This document shows, in pieces, positions 25,441 to 37,400 of a stretch of DNA of 64,000 bases (positions within the stretch are counted from its first letter, which is position 1; every line of letters begins with the position of its first letter). The notes below the pieces were generated by a model. The model did no database searches. It was given only the letters and a program-made list of their open reading frames with translations, and was not told the DNA's origin. The position numbers were made by a program, and so were the translations under genes. The DNA is from Amoebophrya sp. A120 (lineage: Eukaryota; Protista; Dinoflagellata). The stretch covers positions 62,001 to 126,000 of the forward strand of contig CAJINV010000020.1 in NCBI GenBank assembly GCA_905178155.1, written 5' to 3'.

Positions 25441-27941
25441 TGGCCGCCAAGTCGGTGCCGGACCATGGCCGGGCCCGCCGCCCGGCGCCAAATCGCGGCC
25501 CCGCCATGGTCCGCGCTTTCGATCGAGCCCCATGGCCATGTCGATCTTTAGAGCTGGCCAAAGCCGAATCGTTTAGGCGCTTAACGCCTAGAGCTCTAAA
25601 GATCGACATGCTAACGCCTCGCAGCTCTAAAGTTTCGATCCCCATGCTAAGCGCCGTTCCGGATCGTGGCCATGCCAGTCTGGCGCTTTCAAAATCGCAG
25701 GCGGATGGGCCTGCCTCTGCTGAAGCGCCGGAACCGATTTTCCACAGATAGACGCTGCGTCTGTGCTACTATTCATCTAGCGGAATACTATTAAGTCTGC
25801 AGGTTACTGGACACGGGAAGCGGGATAAGGCTAGTCTTCCACAGAGTAAATAAGAACTCCGGAAATTTTAGTCCTACCGAGTTGTGTGAAACTTCATCTC
25901 AACGAGTAGACCGATCAAAAAAAAGGTACTGTGCTCAGTCACGCAAAAAAAATTGCGGAAAAAACAACAACTATGTATTCGTTTTTCTTCAACCGATGTT
26001 GACCATAAACTTTGCACGCGCTGCGTGTAGTTGGTACCGACGGGAGTTGAAGTTTGCATCACGACTCAAACACGATGGCAAAATAAACAAAAAGGCGACT
26101 GCCAACAGAAATACGCAAGCGTCAACCTCAACTCTTAGACTCCTGATTCCTTTGCATTTCTTCAGATAGGGACGATTTCATATGAAGTGTACAGGCAGAT
26201 AGTCCGAGTGATTTTCCTTGGTTAATACAAAAAGCATGCGAAAAACGAAGTCGAAGTTGATACATTTGCATTTTAGCCATCTAAAAAAATTCTGGTGAAG
26301 ATCGAATCTGTATATGTGAGATGAAAAAAGCTTAGAAAAGCATAGCCCGAATTTTTGGTTCAGATAGAATTCCATCGGTTGCTGCGAGGCAGAACGGCTG
26401 TTGCTATGGAAGAAAAGAAACACCATCAGTCACGACTTATATACACATTTTCTTGCATAAAAATCCGTCATGCGTAAAACTGCTGCTTCATGCAGCGTGA
26501 TTTGAAAATATTTTGATTTTTGTAATAAAAGCCAAAAATTGGCAGCATGCGACCCGAAGAATTTCTATATGCAAACGTATGACTGTGATGGTGTTTATTT
26601 TTTCCGTTGCATACGCATAGTCGCGGCACACGTTCTAGTAGCACCTTGCTCCTCTTCTTCTTCCCGACTATTTATTTCGAGTTGATGATAAAAACATATA
26701 GTAGAAAAATGTGGTATAACGATAAACTTCTGAAAGCTAGTCAGCAAATACAACGCATTAACCTCTCTTTAGTTTGAGAGCACAATCAAAATCCCGCTGC
26801 TATGATAGACTTTTTCTACATAGCAACTTAAAAAACATAAGGCCGGTACTAAGCTTAGTACCGAGTTGTAGATTCGCAGAGACCAGGGAAAACATTGTTT
26901 CTTGGTCTCGTCGGTGTAAAAGATTTCATCACCACAACAAACAAAACTGAAAATTGCTAAGTAAAAACATCAAACGGGAAAAAGAAAAAGGATATCATTG
27001 ACTTTTAGTCTTCATCGAGAACCTACAACCTAGAGAAGCTATGAACAAGTGAACTTTAATAGCACCTGTGTGAAGATGTCGAACGGGACGAGCTAGAGCT
27101 ACTTACTACTCCACATAGGGGCTGTCGTTTCGTCCCCTTTTTGGAGACGCAACTTACTACACCTTGCTTGCCCTGGTGCTGTGCTACCAACCGCGAGAAC
27201 ATGAGATAGACAAAAATCTAATTCACGACCTGGGGACCTGGAACATCAACATACAGTTATATCAAACGGGCCCGAGGCCTAATTCCGGTTCGAAACAGCT
27301 TCAAACTCATTTCAAACATTTTCGAAATTGCACTTTTTAGACTAGCATGAGCGACCTGCTTGGACTTTCCGAAGCCCTCACCTCCCGCGGCATAGGATTC
27401 CGCTTGGGAACGCAGGAGAGCTCAGCCTTCAACCAGCAAACAATCCTGCCAGGCAATGCGGAATCCTACCTAGGCTAAATTGGAACGACACACCACCACG
27501 AATGCCCCTACTCAAAGAACCCGAATCACAGTGCCGGCGCCCCCCGCGGCCCTACGTAGGGAGTTCCCCAAAATAGAACCTGCCATCCCTCTTGCATGCC
27601 GGCAACAGGGGTCCCCGGGACTCTCGTCGCGAGGGCCTACATGACTCTTCTACCTTCGCAAAACATCCGAGGCCCCACCTCTTCTTGAACAAACCACATA
27701 CAGAGACACAACGCGACAGACGTGGCCGCGCCTTGCTGCCTCCTAGCAGACCCACTAGAGCCCAACGCGCGAGCGGCCCAAACCCAACGACCGCAACAAA
27801 CAAACTGGGGGCAGCCCGACAGGTCAAGCGCAAAACCCGGGCTACAGCAGGCTTTGATCTCGATTCAAGTCAGGGGGGCAGCATATGCCGGCGCGAAGCG
27901 CCGGCCCCAGCAGAAGCGGGCATGGCCTGACGAGGCGACTG

Positions 27942-28060
27942 CAATCCGGCGTTTGAAGTTGGTTCGAAATATCCAATCCGCCGTTTGAAGTTGGTCCGAA
28001 AAATCCAATCCGCCGTTTGAAGTTGGTCCGAAAAATCCAATCCGGCGTTTGAAGTTGGCC
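27942..28060. repeat. 32-bp tandem repeat, ~3.7 units
   Basis: caatccgScgtttgaagttggtccgaaaaatc. Confidence 0.92.
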
Positions 28061-28504
28061 GGACAAACCTCAATCCACGACCTCAACCAAATTCAGTCCA
28101 AAAAAGTCTGGGCCTGGATTCTAATATGGCAGATTTTTTTGGACTGTTTTCGGATTGACCTGGATTGCAGCCGGATTGTCTGTCGGACTGAATTGGGTTG
28201 CCTGCCTAGAAGGGCTGGTCGCCGGCTGCTAGAAAGAGCAACCGCCGCCACCTGCTCTCGCTCGGCGCTCCAATGACAGCCACCAAGCGCGCCGGCTCTT
28301 GCGCCTTTGCAGGGTCGGAGGGTCACAGGATTAGGCTTCTCCGACTGCGCTTTCCGCTTGCAGCAGCAGCAACAACATTAAGACCAAGCTCAGAAGCCAG
28401 GGAGGGCTGGCTTGGACGTTCGCAAGGTACTACTTGCCGCCCCTCCCTCGGAGATAGACAAAAATCTAATTCACGACCTGAGGACCTGGAACATCCACAT
28501 ACAG

Positions 28505-30085
28505 TGGTGCTTGGGTGCGAAAATGTCCTGGCCTGAGGAGGTGGTCAGGCGAGGGAGATGATAGATCTTGAAGCACAGGCGCCACGCTATGCGCTTACCG
28601 GGGCCGGCAGATCTTCGGCCCCGGTGAGAGCATGGCGCGGCACTTGCAAAGCGAGCTGCTCTTGCCTGAAAAAATGGCCAGGCGAACAAGGGAAGAACTT
28701 TGCTTGTCTGGCCTCCGTCAAAATAGATTCAAAATAGATTGAAAATAGATCCGGAATAGATTTGAAATAGATTTTTTTGGCGCCCGTCCAGGCGCAAAAA
28801 AGTGGCAAGGAAAATAGCCCAATCTGCATGGTATGGTCTTACCTGAGTAAAAGTTCCCGCCTTCGCTTTTGCGATTTTTTTCGCAAGCTTTTTGCGAAAT
28901 ATTTCGCAAATCTTTCGCAAAAAATCTTTCGCAAAAAATCTTTCGCAAATGGTTTGCGAAAGAATGTCTATTTCATCTGGCCGCTTCCGCTCTTCAGGCC
29001 AGGACATTTTCGCATCCCAAACACCACGCTGCTCTCTTACCTGGCCCCAAAACTTGGAAGGCCAGGGAACAGAGTGCCGTGGTGTTTGGGCCAACTTTGT
29101 TTGGGCCGACGGGGCCTTTTTTATTTCCAAGCGCCACGCTATGCTCTTACCTGGCGCCAAAACTTGGCAGGCCAGGTAAGAGAGTGCCGTGGTGTTTGGG
29201 CCAACTTTTTTTGGGCCGATGCGGTCTTTTTTCCTTCCATACGCCATGCTATGCTCTTACCTGGCCTCAAAGTCTGGAGGCCCAGGTAAGAGCACAGCAG
29301 GGCGATTGTGCTTAAAAAAGTGTCTCTTTCTCCTGGCCACCTCCTCAGGCCAGGGCATTTTCGCATCCCAAACACCACGCTGCTCTCTTACCTGGCCCAA
29401 AAATTTGCCAGGCCAGGTAAGAGAGTGCCGTGGTGTTTTGGCCAACTTTTTTTCGGCTGACGCGGCCTTTTTTCCTTCCAAGCGCCATGCTATGCTCTTA
29501 CCTGGCCTCAAAGTCGAGAGGCCCGGGTAAGAGCACAGCGTGCTGCTTGTACTTCAAGATCGCCCCCCCTTATCTGGCCACTTTCTCGGGCCAGAACATT
29601 TTCGCATCAGAAACACCACGCTCCCACATCATCGCTCTGGCCACTTTCTCGGGCCAGGAGAATTTCGCATCACAGGCGCACCGCTGTGACAGTGCCTGGC
29701 CTTAAAACCTGGCAGCCCTGGCAAAAGAATGCCGTGGCGCCTGTGCCAACTTTTGCGGGCCAGAGCAATCTTTTTCCCAGGCGCCAGGGTATGCTCTTAC
29801 TTGGTCCGAGAGTCTAGGCCCAACTAAAAGCATAGCGCGGCGCTTGCGCTGCAAGATTACCCCCTTCACCTGGCCACTTTCTCGGGCTAGGGCAGGCACC
29901 TTGTGGCCACTTCTCATCGGCCCGGGAAATTTTGGGCAGAATTGTTCTCATTTTTCGCCCAGCTCGCGACTTCGGTGACTGTTTTTATTCTCCGTTCGAT
30001 CGCGTGCTGCAGAACTGCAGACGCTTTTTCGGAAAACAGAAACCATCTATCTCAAATCTATTTGGAATCTATTCCGAATCTATAT
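28505..30085. repeat. Complex satellite-like array (~110-120-bp subunits, ~356-bp higher-order unit) with an inverted partial copy
   Basis: Recurrent ctatgctcttacctggcc...ccaggtaagag and cattttcgcatcccaaacaccacg; 28505-28560 is the reverse complement of the unit; aaatagatt repeats at 28721-28770 mirror aatctatt repeats at 30045-30083. Confidence 0.85.
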
Positions 30086-31471
30086 GGCTGTCGAAGTCTC
30101 CCATTGCCAACAAAAATCTAATTCACGACCTGGGGACCTGGAACATCCACATACAGATACAAGAACGGGTCCATAGAAGTAAAGATGATGAAGCAGAAGG
30201 AGAAGAATACAAACGCATCCCGCCAACAAGTAGAAGATGAAACCACAGCCACACGACTACACTGGAAGATCATGAATAAATCGAAGATAAAAAGGGACTC
30301 CTGTGAGCTAAGAAATCACCGAGATTTTTATCCGATCCCCTTCAGGAGCATATCGAGAAACGCGCGCACAGAGATCGTAGTGGAGTCGTGCTGCGAGGTA
30401 TAGTTCATCTAGCTCCAGAGTCGTGGTTGCCTGGTTCTTGTACTTCTAACAACTCCGCCCAAGCTTTACGACCTGTAGGGGTTTGTGAGCTTCTTCTTGG
30501 TTTCGTCTCTACCACGTGTGTCGTGAAAGTCCCGGCCCAACAGCGGATCCTCGCGTGGTCCCAGATTATCACCGCCACGTCGCACACTGTTTTTGAATTT
30601 TTTTCAATTCATCCTATTTCTCGCAAAAGATTTTTAGCGACCATACAACAGGAAGGGATTTCATCCTTGGGAGAGTGAAGACGAGCTGGTGCTGTCGCCC
30701 TACTCCTTGGTTTTATCTGTCGACCATGCAGCAGCTGTTTGACAACCGTTTTTTATGCAGTAGGGGCCATATGAATGGTGCGATGAAAACTGCCACGTAT
30801 TTCTAATCGTGCGCCTGGCACAAGAAACCCCTCCAGCGTGTTCCTTCACCCGTGCGGCGCCGGGAAGGGCAAGTTGCTCGCTGCTCGTAATCGAAAAGCG
30901 AGTTACTCCGTCTCATAATCGAAGGAACGAAAAGCAAAGAAAAAAAAGCCACAACATGATAAAAGCCGACCTTAACCTACGACAAAGCGCTAACTCTAAA
31001 GATAAAAGCCGAAAGAAGTAAACAACAGCGAACTCGTGTGTAATTTGTTGCACGTGCGTTGCATCATTTGCATGCATCTTTAGACGTATCAATGCTGTTC
31101 TTCTCAGTCGCTGATGACAAAAATCCTTACACTCTGTATTGACTATTGAAGCTTACCCAGCGACTACTGCTCCTGGTCCTGTTTTTCGCGGTGGCTTCTT
31201 CACACAGTTAAATGCCCAGCTACGTAGGTAAATTCGATTTGTTTGAAGAAAGATAGCACTTTTTATGCGGCCCGCTAATCGTGTCGCGGCTAAGTAAGCA
31301 GCTTCGGTTAAACACCGTCAGCACTGAACGCATTGTAGCTCCACGACTTGCCTTGTTTGATATGCAAAGCTATTTTAATCTCCTCGTCGGTGTGGAAATA
31401 CTTGTCCCATATCATGGTAAGCGAAAATCTACTGCCTCTCTGTTTCTTCCGTATAAAAGTATCTAAGTCTA

Positions 31472-34400
31472 TCAGCTTCGCCCTCTTCTAGCATTGTTGT
31501 AGTAGAGCCAATTGTTGAACTGGATGCCACTGGGATACAGTGCCATACTAGGGGTCGTCGTGAAAAAAGGGTTGTAGTTATAATTATTCCCATCTGTCGT
31601 AAAAGTCTCCGCATTGTAATGCTGGTAAGGAAGATCATGTTCGCGATTCCCATTTTGGTCTTGCGTGCTGCTGATCATGATGTTCTGATTGCTGTAAACC
31701 GCCCCTGTCTGCTCGCCGCAGCTGGGACTAAAGAACGCCTGTGAAGGAGGAGCAGATCGCGAATCTTCAATATTGACGCCTACAAAGGATCCGCCACAAC
31801 TCCCGGAAGGACAAGAACTCGGGTCGAAAAAAAAATTTTGGGTGCTTGTAGTATAACTTGGCGCGTGGAAGAGCATATTCCACGCTGGTGGAGGCATGGC
31901 CATGGGCAGCTGCGCCATCATGCTGGTGGAGCTCCCCGTCATGTTGACATTGTCGTGAGGACCCAAGCTGTCATACATCGTACTGTTAGCACCATCCCCG
32001 GTCCTCGTTGTTTTCGCGCAGCCCGAGGAGCCCGCCATTGTCTCTGGATGAAACGTGTTAGTAGAGCAGCCAGAAGGAGCTCGTCTACCGGCCGTACTAC
32101 TAGAAGGATGCATGAATGAAAACTGGTCCTCTGCTGGTCGCTGCTGGAAAGGACTATCTCGTCCTTGTCGCCGCTGCTCTTCTACTACTTCGGCACCACC
32201 ACCTCCAGGCGGAGAAATGGAATGCCCACTGCTCGCTTTTTCGCGGCCGCCGTCCGTGGTGGGTGTAGTTGTGGTGGTTTTCCGTTCTGGTAAGAAAGAT
32301 TTACTATTTTGATTTTCCCCGTGAAGACGAGGACCAAGCTCCTGTGGATAGGAAGGTCCGGCCACTCCTAGTGGAAGTAGACAAAGAGCATCTGCTGGCT
32401 GCTCACCTGCGTGCTTAATTCGTTCCGAGTCCTTGGTGGTAGATGATTTTTTATTTGCACTTGCTATGATCTCGTTCTTTTGCTGTTTCCACAGTTTCCA
32501 CCTGCAGCTCTTCGTCATACCACAGTTGTGCGTAGTTGAAGTAGAACAAGTATTCTCGTGAAGATCATCTCCAGCTCCATCCTGCCGCAGCAGGCCGAGG
32601 ATGCTGATACCTTTATTCGGCGCAGTCGCGGCCCCGGGCGGCGTTTTTACCACGTCCTTTGGAACGATTTCAACATCTCGAGAAGGCGCGGCTTGCTGTT
32701 CATGTTCTTCTTGATGTCCTCCACCAAGCAGGAGCGCAGTAGAGCTGACACGGCGCCGCTTATAGACGTTTTCAAGCGCTTTCGCCGCAATCTCTCGGTT
32801 GCGATGCATGAAGGACGAGATGGATTTTTTACGGTTATTATTTGTTCTTCTCGTCGAGCATTTATCAACATTCAGGGCTTCTCCTGCGTTCTTCGCGTTT
32901 ATTTTGCAGCTGGAATCCAACATATTTGCGCTGTTCAGCACCTCCGGTTGTTCGGAAGTCAGCAGACTACTAGAGTTCTTCATCTTGTCGCACCACGATC
33001 TCGTATTACTTCCGGGAGATTCCTTAATATCTTTTTCTTTACTTTCTGTGAGCGCGATCAGACCGTCAAGCCCTGCTGCAGGTAGGTGATCATTTTTGAA
33101 TATCGAACTACTGCAGGAGCTCCTAGGGGGAGAGGACGGGGGACGAGACCTAGTCGTCGTCGTCGCAGGCGTGAAGGCTTTCATCATCGCGTCGTTTTGG
33201 GTAGAAAGTGACCGGTGTTTATCGCCATCAAGTGCTGAAGCGGTGCTGCAACACGGGGGACCGACATGATTGACATTCACGCCAGTACTACTGGCAGAAG
33301 TCGTAATTGTACCGCTAGCCTGCAAGTTCATCTCTACTGCCGCATCTACATTATTGTGCACAGATGACAACAAGGGCGAAGGAGCTACTAGGATAGTATC
33401 TTTAACACCATCCTGGTGTTGCTCGTCCTGAAGATCATGATACGGATCATCATCATGCCCCGTCCTGACGCAAGAAATAAATGTAGTAGAACGATACTCC
33501 TGATTGCTTCTTCCCAGCTGCTGCGCGGCGAAACTGAGCTGGTGCTTCGCCGACAAGGTGGTTGCAGACTCTACGCGGCCCCGGCCACCGCCGTGCGGAC
33601 CACCTATCGGCTGCTGCGGTGGCATGGAATTGCTGGCCGCGTGCTGCTGCGCCATGAGCTGCGGAATCTGCGACGTGTATCAAAGTGAAAAATGCCCCCA
33701 CCCCCGAACTTGGCAGCATTTGTATTGCAAACCTTTGCAAGTGAAACACTCGCCCTCTTGCATCTGTCAGCATCACAGGTTTCCAATCGTGAATAGCGAA
33801 AATTTGTATTGCAAAAGACCCCAGCAAGAGCGGCGCCTGTCATGCAAGCGATGCGATCCACGCCGAAACTCTGCATCAGAAAGATTCATACTCCTTTCAT
33901 GCATGACAAAAAGTTTTCATTTGGAAACTGCGCATCACAAATATTTGCAATTTCAGGGGTGAGGGGCACTTTTCCCTGTAATAACATGTGGCTCTGGTTC
34001 TGCCCCTGCGGCCCCCCGCTGTTGGGAGGTCCACCGCCGGGCGGCCCGTGGTTATTGTTCCCGGAACTACCCGGTGGCCCGTTGCTGCCGCGGTTGTGCG
34101 CGAGCTGCATGAGAAAGGTCGTGCCGCCCGGGGTGTCGAACGTGTTGGCCGAACTGCTGGAGGACAAGTGTGGCGCCTTCTGCTCCTTATTCAGTGGGGG
34201 CGGGAGCAAGCCCTGCAACAGGTCCTGCTTGTTCGGTCTCTGCAGCACCATGGGGCGGCGCTGACCGCCGCTCGCAGCGCTGCTCGGCCCGGACGGTCCC
34301 TGCCCACTCACGCCGCTCTCGGGGGGTGGCCACGGTGGTGGCGCGCCCGGCTGGTCGGACCCCGTGTTGTTCGGCGGCTTTAGTTGGCTTCCGTCAAGCA

Positions 34401-37400
34401 AGCTGCCCGTGGTGTTGTCGACCCCCGGTGGCCCCGGCCCTGGGGGACCGCCGGCTGCCTTCGACTCCTTGCTGCGCTTCTTGCGTTTCTCGCCGTTTTC
34501 CATCGAATGCAAATATATCTGGGTCTGGAAGACTCTGAGATTTGTCATGCAGTTTTTCCAAGCTCCACCAAGTCTGGAATGCAGGGCCTAGCATCACAGG
34601 ATCTGCAGCCCCTTTGTGCTGCCTGTTCTGCATGAGAAATACCCTCTCGGCATGATCAGAAGTGAGCACCTTCTGCAAGTCACGCAACATAGATTTTTGT
34701 ATGATCCGCAACATGCACCACAAGTTCGCATCCTTCCAGACCCGGACATTTTTGCATTTGATATTTTGCCGCAGAAATTGTTCCATCAAATCAACGCGCT
34801 GGTGTGGCATCTCGTGCTCCCGCGGCGGCCCGGGGGGACCAGGCGGCTGTTGTGGAATTTCACATTACTCTTCGCTAAAAATCCAAAGTGATCAAAAATT
34901 ATATTCAAAGCCAACTACCCGTATGACCCTATCGGAAAAGATTGGACGTCCGATTCATTCTCCAGAGACCAGAATTGCTTTATTCCAAAACAATTCTCCT
35001 TACCTCGTCCTGTTTCGGCGGCGGCCCGGGTCCACCTACGAGGTCGCTGTGCGGCCCTAGCCTGCCCGTTCGCTGCAGGGTCGACAGCGGGGGTGGCGCG
35101 GTAGTGGTGCGAATTTCCGCGCGGCCGGTGTGCCACGGCTGCTGGTCCCGCATCATGGGCTGGAACAAGGGTGGGGGCTGCACGCGCGTCTGCGGCAGGT
35201 TGTTACTTCTCCCGCCCGGCGGACCCCCGCCGGGGTTGTTGTTCTGCGGATTGCCCAAGCTCCCTGGTTGCCCAGGCACCAGTTGTGGTCCACCGCCCGG
35301 AGGCTGTTGCGACGACCCCAGCGGTGGCCCCGAGGGCGCGGAATTGACCTGGGCGCCGTGGGCCCCGTTCGGGTTGTTCGGGTTCCCGATGTGGGGGTGC
35401 GAGCTGTGGTTGGTAGGCGGGGGCATGGGTGCGGTCATCGGTGGGTGGGTCAGCGTGGGCTCCAGCAGGTTCGACCGGGGCACGAAGCTCGCGGCGTGCG
35501 CGTTCAGCTTCTTGGCGGCCAGCGCCTTGGCACGGCATCAACGTGAAAAAATCCCCCACCCAATACAAAAGAGCAAATTTCTGTTGCTGGATTTCCGTAC
35601 ACAGATCAGCGTTGTATTGCAGCCGGCGCTTGCAGGCATTTCTCAAGTCTGATTACGTATGTAAAAGGCTAGCAGTTAGGCATGGCAGACGTTTCTGCAA
35701 CTGCAGTAGGCAAAAGCGCATCACAGATTGGCTGTGGAATGCGCAAAATGGTTCCCATTTGCCGCATATGCAAGACAGAGCTGCTTTGTGGTCATAAATC
35801 AGCAGCACGAATTTGCATTTTTAGTATGGGGACGGGGGGTTTTTCCTCACAATACGCGGTTCTCGCTCACCATGCGTATCTGCTCGTGCCGCATCTCCCG
35901 TATCCTCGTCGTGTCCTCGGTTGCGAACAAAACGGAAACCACCAGCGCGATGTGGTCCGACGGGCGGGTGGACGACGGCAAGGCCGCCTCCTCCAGGAGC
36001 GCCTCCTCCTCGTCAACCTTGCTGATCGCGATATCAAGTGTAAAAATGTCTGGGTCTGGAAGAATCCCAACTTGTGATGCACATTGCACAACGCAGAAAA
36101 ATCTCTCATGCATGGGTAGCAAAAGCTGCCCCCTTTCTCTCACCAAAGTGGGGGATTTGTCATGCGGATGCGACATTGCGGAAGCTTCTCGAAACCTGTA
36201 ATGCTAGAGCTTCCATGCCAGACCTTCTGTGTCATGCAAAAACAGCATGACTCTTCCAGACCCAGACATTTTTACATTTGGTACGCGAGCACGGCGAGCA
36301 ACTCCGCGGAAAACCACACGTAATCGAGCGTCCCCTTGAAATTCTCCGTGTAGTTGGTATACAAGGGTTCCTTCTTGTCCACGGCTTCATACCTGAAATC
36401 AAGTAGTAGATTTGCAGGGTAAGGAGACAGGTATACAACGTATAATCTGCCATACATCAGGGTTGAAACTGAAAGCGAAATGCAAACATCAAAAACAAAA
36501 GCAGTCCAAGACGAGAAAACGCATGCAATGTTAAAGTTTTCATCTTTTGTGAATGCTCAACAAAAATTCACTCCCCAGTAGTTGTACTACCCGGAAAGCA
36601 GCTTCATGGAGTGGTTTAGCCCGCGTGACCTGGCCAGCGTTTCCACGAGCTTGTGCTTGTCGCTAGCTTTGATGTCCGGGTGCTCGAGGTCCGGCACCTG
36701 TCCCCGGCTCCACATTTCGTACACCGCGGACTCTGGCGTGCTGTTAAAATCGCCGCACACGAGGTGGGGGACGCCCTGGTACTTGCGCAGGTACTCGAGC
36801 AGAATGCAGGACTGCAGCATTTTCACATCCGTCGATTCCGCGGCCGCCACGATGTGCGTGTTGCAAACCACGAGCTGGTGACCACCTGAAAGGAATAGGA
36901 CGTATTTACGTATTGGGAAATAAAGCTGTTCGCATTCTTGCGAGCAAATGAACTTCGACATAAACCAGCATCGAAAGACAAAGACCGTACGTCATTGCAT
37001 AAGTAACAACCAACCGTTGGGGCCCCGAAATTGCTCTTTGGTCGCCCGTATTCTTTTGTCCTCGAGCGTGACGAAGAGTGCAATGTTTCCCTTCGAGAGC
37101 CGCTGCATGCTTCCCTCGTAGCTTCGGAATTGCACGGGGTTGTGCGCAAACCAAGCGTTTGTTTCCTCGTCGAAGTCGCAAATCTCGTGCCCGCAGCACT
37201 CAAACCTGGATTTCTTCCAGAAGGTCGCGCACCCTTCCACGCAGTACCGTCCACGCACGAAGATCGGCTCACGTTTTTTGGCTTGGTAAACCCCAGCATA
37301 CCCGTCTGCCGCCATCTCATCGCGGAGCCACGTCTCGAAGATGTCTGTTTTTATATCGAAGATGATAAATTCAATTTTTTCATCCTCGTCCTGATGGACG

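Larger units (their letters stand above)
24218..25871 (+). repeat. Dispersed 37-bp motif x3 (24218-24254, 25085-25121, 25835-25871)
   Basis: tcttcYacagagtaaaWaagaactccggaaattttag. Confidence 0.9.
27211..30156 (+). repeat. Dispersed ~46-bp motif x3 (27211-27256, 28459-28504, 30111-30156)
   Basis: caaaaatctaattcacgacctgRggacctggaacatcMacatacag. Confidence 0.9.

Noticed and set aside
26400-26612. Intergenic MITE/introner (aaacaccatc...gatggtgttt inverted repeat)
   Set aside because: Too degenerate; termini and flanking repeat could not be defined
24258-29917. ORFs in the repeat island
   Set aside because: Arise from GC-rich tandem repeats; open in multiple frames and on both strands; no domains
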